DNA of 64,000 bases, from contig JAAPAO010000136.1 in the NCBI GenBank assembly GCA_013115145.1, forward strand, positions 2,280-66,279, given 5' to 3'. Made by a program: the position numbers and the translations under genes. Below are positions 39,352 to 52,500 of the stretch, piece by piece (the stretch's first letter is position 1; the number at the start of each line of letters is the position of its first letter). The notes under the pieces are model-generated. The model saw nothing but the letters and a program-made list of their open reading frames with translations. It was not told the DNA's origin and searched no databases. The DNA comes from Perkinsus chesapeaki ATCC PRA-425. Its lineage: Eukaryota; Protista; Perkinsozoa.

Positions 39352-40974
39352 ATGGCATCAACCTTCCCTGTAATCGCACAGTTATCTTTTGCTGTGTGCA
39401 CTCTGCTCACCCTTGTCGTTGTACTCCTTGCCACTGGACTACGAAAATACATCCCCTTCTGCCTCAAGCGGCCTTGCAGGTTTGTCTTCCCTAGCAGGGC
39501 CGTTCTCTTGGGCTTTACTCTGATACTTGGGGCATTGATTCTGGCCACGGTTATCCAACTTATCATGTATCCTCCACGGAAGCCTATTGTGGTTGTTTGC
39601 ATAGTGCTTGGCCGCCTGGGGGCTTGGGGGATGAGTGCAACCCTTTTCCTCTCTTTACGCCCTGTTGCCCACTTCTTCAACATTGGTCTGGAACGAATGA
39701 TAATCATCCACGGCCTTATCGGTATCATAGCCCTTCTAGCTAGTATCGTCCATGGCATTCTGCCATTCTATTTCAAGCGCTCGGCATCAGGTGCTCTCCG
39801 GCGCGGCGGCCTTGAAGCGGCCATAGGCTGTGGTCTTCTACTTCTCTCCCTCCTATTCGCTATAGTGTACCGTCTGTACCCATGTGGCTATCGAATCTTC
39901 CGTGTTACGCACTGGTTAGTCTACCCTGCATCGTGCTTGTTCATCTACCATTTATATGCTTGGGGTAAGGTCTTTTCAAAGACGTATTCGCCCGCTATAC
40001 ATGTTACCTTCTACGTCTTCATCATGTGCCTTGGGCTGAGTTTCCTCGAGAGACTGCGAGAGCTCTATGTTGCTATGAGACAATGGCTTGGTACTAAACG
40101 GTCCACTAAAGCTGATGACGAATGTTCCAATCCATTCTGTTGCAGAATAGAGGCGTTAAAGCCGTTAAGTGATGATACGAGTAGAGGTCCAACTGCTTGT
40201 ATGTTGAGTGTACGTTGTCCAATAAAACCATCGCCCGGGCAATGGGTATACTTATTCCTACCAGGTATGGATATAATGGCTCATGCTTATTCTACTCTAC
40301 CATCTGCTTCTGATGGAATTATTCATTTCCTAATTTCTGGTAAAGGCTTGATGACTCGTAGATTGCTTGATTCTCCTTCAAATGCCATTATAGGAAAGAC
40401 TGTCATGGTCCAAGGACCATATGGTGTAAATGATTTACCGAGGCAACTAACTTACCATAAATCGTATTGCATTTTTATCTGTGGTGGTACGGGAGTGGCA
40501 CCAGTAGCCTCTAATATTCAGGGATTCCCTAAGTCAATCATTCGATCATCTGTGTCCGTGCTTTGGCATTTTTATAATGCCGACTCGTTGAATGTTATCT
40601 ATCCTCTCATTAACGAAGTTCACCAGAAGCGTTTGATCTACTCTGGTTGTAACACAAAGAAGGTTGCCTCATTCTTCTTAGATGATGCAGAGGACGAGTT
40701 CTCTTCTACTGGTGAATCAGATGACAGTACTGGTGTACCATTTCTAACCTATCTTGATAATCATTCTATACCGGATGCCAAACAGCTCGAACGATTCATT
40801 CAATCATCCATTGGTCGAGTGGCCGAGGAGAAGATAACACACGTTCATTTCTTCTTATGCGGTCCAGTCGGTCTCACTGATAATGCCACCAAAGCTATTA
40901 ATGCTGTTAAGCTGTCAGATGGTTTAGGACTAGGCACAGTTAGAATAGAAAACTTTCACATGCTGCCGTGGTGA
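39352..40974 (+). CDS. Ferric reductase / NOX-family transmembrane flavocytochrome, copy 2 (intronless)
   Basis: Same motifs as copy 1 in a single 540-aa ORF. Confidence 0.9.
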   Translation: MASTFPVIAQLSFAVCTLLTLVVVLLATGLRKYIPFCLKRPCRFVFPSRAVLLGFTLILGALILATVIQLIMYPPRKPIVVVCIVLGRLGAWGMSATLFLSLRPVAHFFNIGLERMIIIHGLIGIIALLASIVHGILPFYFKRSASGALRRGGLEAAIGCGLLLLSLLFAIVYRLYPCGYRIFRVTHWLVYPASCLFIYHLYAWGKVFSKTYSPAIHVTFYVFIMCLGLSFLERLRELYVAMRQWLGTKRSTKADDECSNPFCCRIEALKPLSDDTSRGPTACMLSVRCPIKPSPGQWVYLFLPGMDIMAHAYSTLPSASDGIIHFLISGKGLMTRRLLDSPSNAIIGKTVMVQGPYGVNDLPRQLTYHKSYCIFICGGTGVAPVASNIQGFPKSIIRSSVSVLWHFYNADSLNVIYPLINEVHQKRLIYSGCNTKKVASFFLDDAEDEFSSTGESDDSTGVPFLTYLDNHSIPDAKQLERFIQSSIGRVAEEKITHVHFFLCGPVGLTDNATKAINAVKLSDGLGLGTVRIENFHMLPW

Positions 40975-41538
40975 ACAACACCACTTGCTGCTGTCATATT
41001 TTTTCCTCCAAGCCTTGTGGTTCTTGGATGTCGACACTTTTTACATTGCTTGTTTCCTCCAAGCGCGTTAGGTATTTCCTCTCATTGTGTGATCCTTTAC
41101 CGAGACAGTCGGTTTCGGTAGTCCGTAATGCTCCTTGTACAAGTCGATTTAGACTTCATCGAGTTATCGACTTTTAGCTTCTATTACAAGGTTTGTTTCT
41201 CTCTTGACCGTCTGGCGTTTAACAACGTCACCCAGTGAGTCTTAAGGATGATTATTATATGTTGAGATTGTGGCGGTCGTGGGCTACTTTGTTATCCCAA
41301 TGTATAAAACAAACGATATGACAAACCTGTTCTACATCAATTCACACTCACATAAAATACATCGCTTGACACCATTCGAAACCGTCTGGTGATCATAAAC
41401 ACTTCCTTGTTCCGTAACATTAGGAGATACCTCATGGCTTGAGCGAAGGGAGTCCGTAATGGGAACACAAAGTCCAATACAGGTACAGAAAAGGGTCAGA
41501 CATGACAAATAGAAACTTCATGCGATATCTTATGACGC

Positions 41539-43300
41539 TCAGTCTCGTTTGTCTTTATTGAGATGACTCACTGCCTTCAAAGACAATATACCCACAAAGG
41601 CTCGAACGAACAAATAACGCATCTCAGCGTCGACGCCCTCAGGCACAGGTACACCGCAAGACCAATACCAAGTAGAGTGGTCTTCGGGGAATGATTGGAG
41701 GCAATCGAAGTTGAAGGACAAGTCGGGCCGCATCCTTTGGGGACACAGGAATTTCCCTCGGGAAAGCAGGCCCCACGTCGATGTTTCGAACTCCGCTCTA
41801 CAGTCGTAGTTGACGAATGCTTGGCCGTATCCGAAGCGCATGTTCGTCTGTTTGCTGGGACTAAATAGCAACCACGTTGCGTAACAAGTCACTAACGAAC
41901 CAATCGAGAGTGCCAACAGAGAATCGAACTTCAACATCTTGCCTTGAAGGGCGGCAATGAGTGCACAAGCCACACAAAAAACCTCTAACACATAAAAGGG
42001 CAGAAATGGCATTTGGAACGCCTTCAACATGAGCAAGAATATCATAGTCATACAGCCTGGGAGAACTGGTAACAATACCGCATTGGCAGCCATGCTGGTG
42101 ACAGTACCCAATGACTTTGTGTAGGAGTAGACAAAGGCCGCTGAGGCAGCTAAGGCGGCCATGAAGTACGTTCCAGCAATCTGCACCTGTAGAAGGGATG
42201 AGGACTGGAGGGAGCATGTCGGACATTACCTCAGCGATGGCTGGTTCGAAGTAAGCTTCGCTCTCATGAAAAGTGTTCCACATGAAATGATAACCAGCGA
42301 TATCGAACGAGGGGAATATGGCGAATGAATAGCAACCTGATAGAGACAACCAATCCCACTGCGCAATGCTGTATGTCAGATACGTCAAGGTGGTGGCATT
42401 GCAATATATCTATCCATCCTTCTTTCCCCAATTTCGCCCTTCCCATTCTATAGTGCAAGTCCATTACTGTTCAACTGCATTTCTGTCTTTCACGAGGTCA
42501 CACAGTATTTTCCTCGCGAAGCCGTTGGGAAAGACCTTAACTCACCGGCCATTCCCGCCATCAACAAGCGTTCTCTGAAGGGTATCTTAGCTTGACCAGG
42601 GAATAGTGAAGAGACCTGCTCTACTATAATATATGTTAATCCTGATATACGGACCAAGCAGGACGTATCTGATTTTGGCAGTACTAAGTCGTTGGCCCGT
42701 ACCTCCTCACAATGGCTCTAATCTATGATGAACCATAACCGTCGACTGGGTGAAGTATGTATTTCCAACCTGATAAAAATATCCGAGCCGCTTTGAGAAA
42801 ATGTAACCACCTGAGGATTGCCTATTTGGTTGAGCTCAAAGATAACCGATCCGACAAGAACGCCAAACCACAGTCCCAACGGCCTGCCGAGCCGAGATGA
42901 ACCTGGAGGCATTCGGCTACACAGCGGTGTGTTATACGGTACTTCTGAGAGCATGTATGAGGGTCAACAAAGCCACCAAGTACCACATGCCCTCGATGAC
43001 AATGTGTGATGGATTGAATCTGACTCGAGAGAGCTTTGCTTATTCCTCGGCATACCGTTTCTCACCTCCATAGGCTTTGGGGATGATATACTGTGAGCCA
43101 CGGGGAGTCCAATAAAGGGATCGGCTCAAAGACCGTCTCGCCCGATTTCAATATAACAGACATTAAACCTTTCCAAAGCTATTGAGCTGTGTTATCATAC
43201 TGATACTCTATATCCGTGCACATGATTGTAGCACAGGCCGCCATTTCGGCGATCATGATTGATAGCTATACTATTTCCGCGGGAACCCTGTCGTCTACTT
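41539..43300 (-). CDS. Hypothetical multi-pass membrane protein (5' exons uncertain)
   Basis: The 215-aa terminal ORF has several hydrophobic helices; upstream hydrophobic ORFs are separated by GT-AG-like introns. No family recognised. Confidence 0.45.
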
Positions 43301-43476
43301 TTGGCCTGCTTTTGTTTAGCAGAATGACTTCCTGGTTTGTGTGTCACTAGTAGTGAATCACTACTATTCGTTCAAGGGTTCGAAGCTCAATGCCAGGCTC
43401 GGCAGTTCAGTAGGTCGCCCCACAGTTCATGATGACTAGTAACGCAAAGGCAGCCCATAAGAGAAACAATAGTGAT

Positions 43477-46400
43477 TCAGAAGAGCTTCGAATACTTCTT
43501 GATTTCGGCTAAGATAGTTGCATTCGGCACCATCGTCTTAACCCACTCAGGTTGCTGTTCTTGCCCACCGTAGGCCTTTGCTATTATCTTCTGGAACTTT
43601 GTGTAGTACAACAGTAGTTGAGTCATGGCTTGCTTAAGAATGTCCATACCATTATTAAAGTTGGTAAAGCTGTCCATGACAGTCTTTTGCATCAACTGAG
43701 CGTTGCTCTTCCAGTTCGCTGTGAAGTGTCTGCCGAGTCGCTCCATCTCTTTCAGACTCCCACCATCGGTGGCGACTCCACCACCCTTCTCCTCCGAGCT
43801 CGTCACAAACTTCACGAGGCCACCAAAGTGCATACTCAGCTCGCCCTCGACGAATGTGGCAACATCCCTCCTTAGAAGATCCTCGATGGGCTTGTAGACC
43901 TCCGCCGGAACAACTCCGGTCGAGGCCGAACCAACTGCTGTCTCTCCTCCGCCGCCGTGCATGACAGACAGTATCAAATCCGTATTATTTATTATGAATA
44001 TCTGGGCCTTTTGCGGTGGCAATTGCCGAGCCAATGCGACTAACGCCGACCGAAAGGATGTGTGAAGCTGCCAAAGTGTGTCCGTCATAGCAGACTGAAT
44101 CTGAGGCCAGCCTTTCAGACAAGTGTAACTGACAACATAGACCAGCTCTCAGTAAAGCGATGATGCTATTATAGCTTACATGCTGACCGTCATCTCAGCG
44201 TACCGTCTGGACATAACATCAGGCTTGGTGGACACTGGTGCATCGGTCCGGTCTGGTGACGAGGCTACTCCACGAAGGCTGACGATGTTGGTACGCAAAA
44301 CCTGTAAGAGAATGGCGCCAACGTAAAGGGGTAGAGGTACCTCATTCAACCTCGCCCAGAGAAGTGCATGCATGTTAGAAAGATACCCATCCATGCAGCT
44401 GAGTCGGCGCCGACTCATCTGAGTTTGGCAATGATCAACAACTCGGAGCATTAAAAGCATTCCAATGGCGTCCCAAGAGCTATTCACGAACTTCTGCATG
44501 GAGTCCATAAACCAAGATAGAGTCCTTCCTAGGACAGCTTCAAAGATACGACCGGCTTCAACCTGTAGAGCTAGTGAGGGATACCATACTGAGGCAGCAG
44601 CAGGGCTTACCGGAAGGTCGTGGCAGTTGAAAAAATCACATATGAAAAGATACTCCGAGGTGCAAGTATCGCACAAGAGCCGCTGGTGGGATCGGAAGAC
44701 TTGCTCGGCATAGTACCTGTTTAACGCGAAGGAATAAGCGAGTAAGGATACAAGGGGCAAAGGGCCAGGGAACTGGTGCAGTCTTTGAGGATGGCAGGAT
44801 GTACTAATGGCTCTGGTATGGGTAGAATTAGTCTCATGGTTATTGAGATGACTATGGCTGGTGTAATCAATTATCCTATATGGTGATGATCTGGTACAAC
44901 ATTTATCAAGTTATGACCGGGCCTAGGTGGGAGCGAATTCCTCCAGCCTTACATGGGAGGGGGGACATTCTCACGCTGCGCCTGTGCAATGGCCGCATGC
45001 GCCACAATCGGATCTTGATCCAGCTCAGATATCACCTACTATGACTTGTGACTGTTATATGGAACGGTTGATCGATTTTAAAAACACTGGCATACCTTGC
45101 CGCGACCGGCCAACGAGAACACGTTCCCGGTTGCCGCGGTATTCTGCCTTCTGTTCCCGAAGAGTCCGCCAATGGCATCACTAATGCCTGTTTGCAGTCT
45201 CTGCTCCACACTAGCGTCGCCACCAGGCTGATCATTTCCTCCGCTGGCACTAAACAAGATATAGCAAACCGTCGTCCCAGCTGCGAGCAGCTCACATTAG
45301 TTGACGCCCGGTCGGTGCTGCCAGCTGCCATTTGGTCAAGGATTGCACATAAAGTCTGAACTGATTCAAATACACTCTCGACATCGTCGTCACGTAATAG
45401 TCTCGAACCTACAAGAAGGATGATGTGAGATAATGTGGTATAAATTAATCGTTATTAAACCGGTTCTACTAAAAGAATAATCGAAAAAAGTGGTAAATAA
45501 TATGATATTGTAAGGCGAATTACATCACATAGGCATATTAACGTACAGATAGTAATAGGACGACTTTATAATATATTCTATATATAAGAATATAACTAAT
45601 ATCTACAGTGTAGCTTCTACACTATTACTGTGTGAGCGAATTTTTGTAGTTATCTCCCAGACCACAGATCACAGATGAATTTATCCCTATCGTGGAGCTC
45701 TCACTTGACAGAAGCCTTCCTGGCAATGTCGCTCCAGAAAGGCCACTTGACCTTTCAACTGCACCAAGACATTCCTCTGGAGGATCTGTATATTGGTTTT
45801 GGGTTTCCGAAGGGACCCTGAAAAACAGTATGGAGGAGTTATGGTGATAAAGTCTTCGACACAGGTGCCGTATGTTGGTTAGATATAGAAACTTCGTCAC
45901 ACTGTGAACTGTTGACATAAAACGGAGATACAAAAGCATTCAACAGTTGGGATAGTTGAAAGAGTGTGCTTGGTATGAAACTGAGCGTTTAACACAAACA
46001 ACTGCCATATACCGTATTTGTCGAATAATGTCGTACCCACCACCACCACAGGAAGACCATCCGAAGGGTTTCTATTTTGCAAAGGCAAGACCACTTGGAT
46101 CAGAAGCATGATGAGATCGCTCAATCTAGCAGGACATGCTCAGTGAGCAAATGTTTAATACATAAATTCAGGGCCAAGTTCTCAGTAGCTCCAGGACAGT
46201 CTTGAAGCCTTTAAGATATAACCCTTGTTACCTATCTTAGTGATGAGCAAGTCCCTCGATTTCTGACTTGCACCCATCCTCAGTTTATCCAACTCCGGTG
46301 CCACCTGTGCCGCGGCAACGCCTAACGTAAAATCGTGAATTCGAAGAACATCAGCTCGCTCACTTTGCGACTTCAACTTCCCTCCATCAGCCTTAAACGC

Positions 46401-47471
46401 TACCAACTTGTCAGATAGCTCTTGTAGAGCCGAGGCATAGGCTTCCTGGTCGGCAGGGGTCTCGCATATATTCTTAATCAGAGTAGGCGACACTACGATC
46501 TGCAAACCAACGGTAGCGTCGGAAAACTTCTAGCCGTTACCTTATGGACATAGTCTTGGAGCTCCTGTTGGACTGCTAGTCTATTATTAAGCTTATCGTT
46601 CATCACCATCGATCCGTGCTGCAGATGGCGGATTTCGTCCGAGACCCCTCTGAAACGGTACAATGGCTACAGAGCTGGCATATCCGAAGTAGTAGGTATA
46701 AAAGCAAGTCATATATGCACGTTTTCTTCTATTACGGAATTACAGTCAAGCTCTGTTATTCTCTCACCAGGCAAAAAGCGTTCCGTTAGATTTGGTTATC
46801 ACATTGACCAAGCCATGTAGGCTCGACCCTCCAGCGCGGCCGCCGCCTACCGCAGATGAGATTGAAAGTCATCCAGTTGCTTTTCCATTCTTCTCAGAGC
46901 TGCATCAGCCTCCTTGGCCTTCCTGTCCAATTCGACCAGCTGACACAATAGACCGCCGAGTTCCTCCCAAGTATGCCAAGCCCGAATGCTCACATCTGCC
47001 GACTTTGCCGAGAAGTCTGCCAACACCGCCTGCCGCAAAAGCTTTGCTTCTTCATCCAGACTTGCCTTCAAGTTGCCTAAAGGTTCCCCAGCCTGACCAA
47101 AGGCAAACCGCTGAGCAAGGGGGGAGAGGGAAGTGACTTCTGCCGGAAAGTGAAACAGGAATTCCATCACCATAAGTATAATTTTCGGGACTTCGTGGAG
47201 CAATTGTGGACTCGGGTATAAACTTTACAGATGCCTTCGGTCGACCGTTTGTAGCCGTCATAAAATTTCTGACTTTTAATCTTTTAACGAAACCGAAGAG
47301 TGTCGATTCCCCATTGGCTCGGATGAATCTCACCTTTAAAGCCCGCAGTAGGATATCCTCATCTGCTGCATCACCGGAGTTGGCTAACTCATCGAACTTG
47401 CTACCCAGTGATGAGAAGTCTGGTATAGAAGGAGGAGGAGGTGTAACTGTCTGTGATGGATTGGATAACAT
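43477..47471 (-). CDS. VPS52: GARP complex subunit Vps52 (multi-exon)
   Basis: Exons read ADAALRRMEKQLDDFQSHL, AAAQVAPELDKLRMGASQKSRDLLITKI, FVNSSWDAIGMLLMLRVV and SFTNFNNGMDILKQAMTQLLLYYTKF..AEIKKYSKLF*. Confidence 0.9.
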
Positions 47472-47880
47472 ACAAAGGCTCAAACTTAACCTTTACATTA
47501 CTAAACATTTTTATGGCATTAGTTATTGAATATATTGTTATTGACAATAATCAATATTTCTAATCATGTGCGGCGTTCAACCGAACTTGATATTGCCAGT
47601 ACCGGTAATAAGTTATAATGAATACAATACCGTATTGGAGTTAGAGGATTGTATTCATTATAACTTTGAAAATTATTTACTTACTCTTTTATACGGGCCC
47701 CCTCAGTTGAAAAGGGAACACATATCTACCAGAATTACCGTCACGCCTCCACTCCTAGTGGAACGTCTTTCCACGAGGCTGATACCTCCTCAGGTATATT
47801 TACTAATAGAAATGCAAACTGAATCTCGCAGACTTAAGCCCAAGATAACCCACTTTCCTGCCTACCCTATCACACACTTC

Positions 47881-49400
47881 TCAACTCAAGAGAGGAGGAG
47901 GCTTTCCAGAAATAACAAGGTATTTAACATACTCATATAGCAGACTCATGGACATCATCGTTTCCGTCATCAGATAGCCCCAACTCCTCCGGCACTTCCC
48001 CCGGCACCGGAGGAAGACTTGGCACCACCTCGGGCGGAGTAGGCGGGAGCTGACGTCTGTCAAGATATTGTCGGGCAACTACTCCTGTAGAAGTCTGAGG
48101 CCTCCGATCCCTCCTTCGCCGTCCCGAATCCTCTCTCGAATGACCTTCTCGATTGGCCCGGCTAAACACACCCGTCAACACCAGACCACACTGATGGTGG
48201 CCCACCTATGGCTGCTGTGGGACGTACTCGGTCTCCTACCGCCCCCCACCGCTGGAGACCCTTCCCTTAAGATGTATATCTCAGATATAACTTCCTTCAA
48301 ACCCTTCACCAGCTCATCCACTCGCCTTTCTTTATCAGCAAGTTCCCTTCTAAGTCTCGCGCGTTCTACCTGGAACATCAACGAAGCAGAGAGCCGTTCA
48401 ACCACCCAGAGGGACCACTGGAAATAAGCGCGATGGTCTCAGTAACAGTATCCTAACCGATCCATCTGAGCCAGGGCATTCACTTTTCAACTGCCCTCAC
48501 TTCACCGCTAACATTTTCTTTCTCTTTTCCGATTGTCCCACTGTCAGTTACCTCCGATGGCTCATGTCTTCTTCTCCTCTGGCTTCGTGGCCTCCCCCTC
48601 CTCCGGTCACCCTCCCCTGTAGCCGGCCTTTGCCTACTATGACTTCTCGCCTGCCTCGGTATTGCAGTCTGTGGGCGTTGAATCGATGAGGGGCGTCGAG
48701 TAGCCTCCAAGACAGCCCTCAGAGTAGTTACTTCAGGACTGTCTGCGGTCATCTGATCCCACCCATCTACTTGAGCTCCTTCTCAAGCCCCACTTTATCA
48801 TGATCATAGAAATCCTCCAATTCCGCATCGCTCCGCTCGTCTTCCACATTTTCTAATGGTGCTCTCTCCACCCAAACCGTGTCATTCTAACGTTCATCGA
48901 ATTGGGATTCGGAGCCATCAGCCTACCAACGCCGCGGGCTCCCCATTCTCGGCCTTCACTAACTTCTCCAAATATCTCCGAAGAACCTGCAATCGTCATT
49001 CCCGCCAAGACGCTACCGAGTGGTACCAGCTCGCAGTCAGCATCCATGGCAGGCAGGCCCAGAAGCTCAGATATGCCTGAGTCATTGGCCTCGACCACTG
49101 CGAGTAGGTCAAGATGCTCCATCCAGGAGGGAAGGGAATACTCCTCCCCACAGAGGTCTTGGATTAATCTGTGCGCATCCAGGTTCGATCCCGGCACCTC
49201 ACACTTTTCCACCTATTTAGCTCCCTAATAATTTCACTTTCTTCCCCATCTTCATCCACTGTGAAGCGTGCCCGGCCAACCCCTACATCTCGAGCCAAGA
49301 GCGTCGAGACTTCCGGCTGCAGCGAACTAACCCTCCACACCGGAAAGTGGCCTACCCCTCCCGATCTCTCTGGCTCCGTCGACTTTGCTATCTCAAGCAA
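47881..49400 (-). CDS. Coiled-coil/low-complexity exons, probably the C-terminal tail of the bestrophin gene
   Basis: A consistent GT-AG path joins bestrophin ...IVDES to KVDGAREIG..|VGRARFTVDEDGEESEIIRELNR|LIQDLCGEEY. ORF 48175 is coiled-coil-like (VERARLRRELADKERRVDELVKGLKE). Confidence 0.45.
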
Positions 49401-51913
49401 CCGCCTGACCTACCATGACTCATCTACAATTTGACGGAAGTGTGGTACGAAACATCGCTGTATATCTTGTATTGGAATATCATTGGCATCATCTCCAAAG
49501 GGCTCCTCAAGCTCCACGCAGATCCTATCTAGTCCGGTGAAGCCCACAACACAAAGTGTCGCAAAGATCATAGCAGGAGCCCTGGCAAAGACCAGACAAT
49601 CGGGCCATATCAGCTAGTAGTACCATCTGTCAAGAGAATGGGAGATTTCCATGGGCATCAAAAAGACAATACCGAGAATCAACAAGGACATCATTTGTGC
49701 AAAGGGGAACGGGAATGGCACCATAGCGATTTTCCACGCCTGAGGGAAGCGCCCTCGAATTCGCAAACAGGCGGCGACCCAATCGACCTGGTTGAAGCCG
49801 AGCATGCCCGTGGAGGTCTCCTGGAAGACCCTGCTCAGAATTGGCGGAGGTATAGCCAGCAGGTCCCCCTCGCTTGCCGCTGTCATTATCCCTTCGGTGA
49901 TCCACTGACACACCAGTAATATATCATCTGCACTTTGCAGTGTGGCATTCTCGTGCTCAGTGAGCTCCCCGATAACCTGCCCTATTCTACCCATACCTCA
50001 TACCGACTTTTCCTCTACTACCTCTAGATATGAGCATGACTCACTATAATCCAAGATGCATGCTTTTACACTTCCATTCCCGTCATTCCTGACTAGGCTT
50101 CATCCACACATCCACAAACTACTACTACATTTCAATGGCCTCATTCTCCTCATCACCAACTGATCTGTACCTACAAAGGAGGTCATCCAACCTCCAACGG
50201 TGACAGGGTTTCCAGCTTGACTCCTATGTTGGCAAACTTATATCACACTTATAAAAAGTCTAAAGATCCTTGTGACAAGAGGCATTACTCCAGTCACACT
50301 GCTCAACAGGAGAAACCGTTCCTCCGGAAGAACATACACTGATAACGTTATTAATTATTGATGTCATCTATTATTAGAAATAATACTCTATATCTAACTT
50401 AGCACTGTAACAACATTAAAAGGATATAAATACATAAAATGAAATGGAATACCAGCTCAGCCCGGAGGAGCGACACTGTCCTATAATATATCAATAAAGC
50501 CTGCCGGATAATAACGGAGTATCAAATACTGCTTACCTAACTCCAATATACGTGGAGATATCTTCTGGTTCACCACTAGGATTCTCCAAAGCTCTCATTG
50601 CTAAAGCTGTTGCCAAAGAAAACCAATGTATAATTCTGGAAGGCACCGGTGTATTGCCGCCGTCTATCAATCCCTATTACTTATATCGGAACTTCTCCGA
50701 CCGTTGCTGCAACTTTCCGAAATGTGCCCCGCCCTGCTGCCTCCTTAGGGTGGCATTCGAGAACGCTATCAACTGAGAGCGGACTCAATCGAACAATTTT
50801 CTCTTTTCTTCGCTGACCTATTACTGAGTTTTCGATTCCCACGGTCAGCGCAAAACCAGAGGAAATCCCTACGATCCATATCTCCGCCTATCAAGCGCCG
50901 ACTACTTATAGACAGGGTGCCAAGACCACCCCCTGCTAGATAAATCAATAGTGCGATTCCAGCTGTATCGCATTTTACGTGTGAAAAGCAGTTCTGGAAT
51001 CGATTCTGAGTAGGTTCTGAACCTATCGATCTATTGAATGACCGTCATGTCTCTAGCCTATTAAAGCTTCCCGACGCCGATACCCATTACGACTGAGCCA
51101 CTCCTCCCCGACCGATATATTACCAATGAGAAACCATCACTCCACTTAAACATCAGCTGCCTTATACTCGTCACTCCTTCCCAATACCTCTGTAATGCCA
51201 TATTAGTACGGAACACCACCATATACCCCAATATAGTACCATATATCTGAATAGCAACAAGAGAGAACCGTGAGGCTTTTGAGCAATGAGAGATGTAATT
51301 CATAGAGATTCGTCAACAACGCCTCTCCACAAGCCACGATCGTCCTCCTGAATCTTCATATCGATCCTATTCTACCTCCGCACCGGGAAGATATTTTCTA
51401 CCAATATTTTCCCACTGGAAACGAATTTTGCTTTTATATGGCCGGACGCTATCCTAGCGGAACCTATCTCCAAATTCGAAGCCTGCTAAGACACGTCCCG
51501 AGTTGCATCTCCTCTTCCCTCTGACCTGCAAGGCGAATGGCTTCTCCATCAGTATGTGCTGATTCAGAAAATCAACATAGACGAACAATGCAGCGATACC
51601 ACAGGCAATAATGGCATATATAACAATCTGAAATACGAAAACGCAAATCAGCTAATGCGTTCCTGTGTTCCACGCGTGTGACCGGACGCCGGCGACTTGA
51701 CGACACATGGCGGAAACTTCGGTGATTTCCCTGGTCGATTCCTTACGAAGATTTGGTGATAAGAAACAGCAACGACGAGGGAAATGCATGCTTCAACGTA
51801 AGATATCCCTCCTTTCCCCACACCTGCCAAACCGCTAGTACCCCTGAATACGGCGATCCTGTCCACCTGAGCACAAGCCTCAGAGAGCTCTCCCTGTTGT
51901 CATACTCTATCAT
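49400..51913 (-). CDS. Bestrophin-family (YneE/VCCN1-like) anion channel, multi-exon
   Basis: Exons read MIEYDNRESSLRLVLRWTGS, GYMVVFRTNMALQRYWEG, IIHWFSLATALA, IPPPILSRVFQE, VPFPFPFAQ and GLDRICVELEEPFGDDANDIP. Confidence 0.9.
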
Positions 51914-52500
51914 GATCTAACAACTCTCCATCAATTGAAGGTAACAACTCAAACCAAGCATGATATCAATTATCCATTCTGCGATCTATACACACAAACC
52001 CTCAAGCTGCTTTCAAGAGAGCTATTCAGATTATTAAAGGCTAGAACGATTTGCAGATAAGTGAAGAGTTAACAACAACACCAGATGGAAAGATTCCCTT
52101 CCAGTTTGGTTTTTGCTGCTAGCGGTGTGATTCCGATGCGTATTAGCACCAGAAACTTAAAGACAATGAGGGGCAACAGATGATATCTTACTGGATAAAG
52201 TAATATATAAGAAAACCTCTAAACCCCACCAATTAAGATAGTATTATTAATGGTATTATCAACATCAATCCCAAATGGGACTTTGTAAGCTACTGCAACG
52301 TGGCGTCTACTGCTAAACATCACAATTATTGTCTTTTCTCGATGACATCACCCCGAGTTAAAGGCAATCTCTCCCTATTAGAAGGGACTCCAGGAGCAGG
52401 CTTCCTCTCGGCAGGTGATACGACCAAGGGAGCGTTTAAAGGGGCTAATAATTCCGATACCTAAAGGAAAGAGACATCACCGAAAACACTACGGAAAGAA

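Larger units (their letters stand above)
37437..40983. repeat. Large imperfect inverted duplication (arms about 1.63 kb, spacer about 280-300 bp)
   Basis: 37437-39062 is the reverse complement of 39361-40983. Similarity starts at ACCTTCCCTGTAATCGCACAG and ends about 7 nt after the stop codons (TGAACAACAC). Confidence 0.95.

Noticed and set aside
38803-39758. Antisense ORFs 38803-39321 (+) and 39159-39758 (-)
   Set aside because: Shadow frames of the palindromic reductase genes.
31715-49200. B-box-like strings at about 31720 (minus) and about 49180 (plus)
   Set aside because: The first lies in coding sequence and the second overlaps a predicted small intron antisense; both have poor T-stems and no other tRNA features.
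49410-49412. In-frame TAG after the bestrophin core suggesting stop-codon readthrough
   Set aside because: A GT donor overlaps it (TG|GTAGG) and ordinary splicing explains the continuation.
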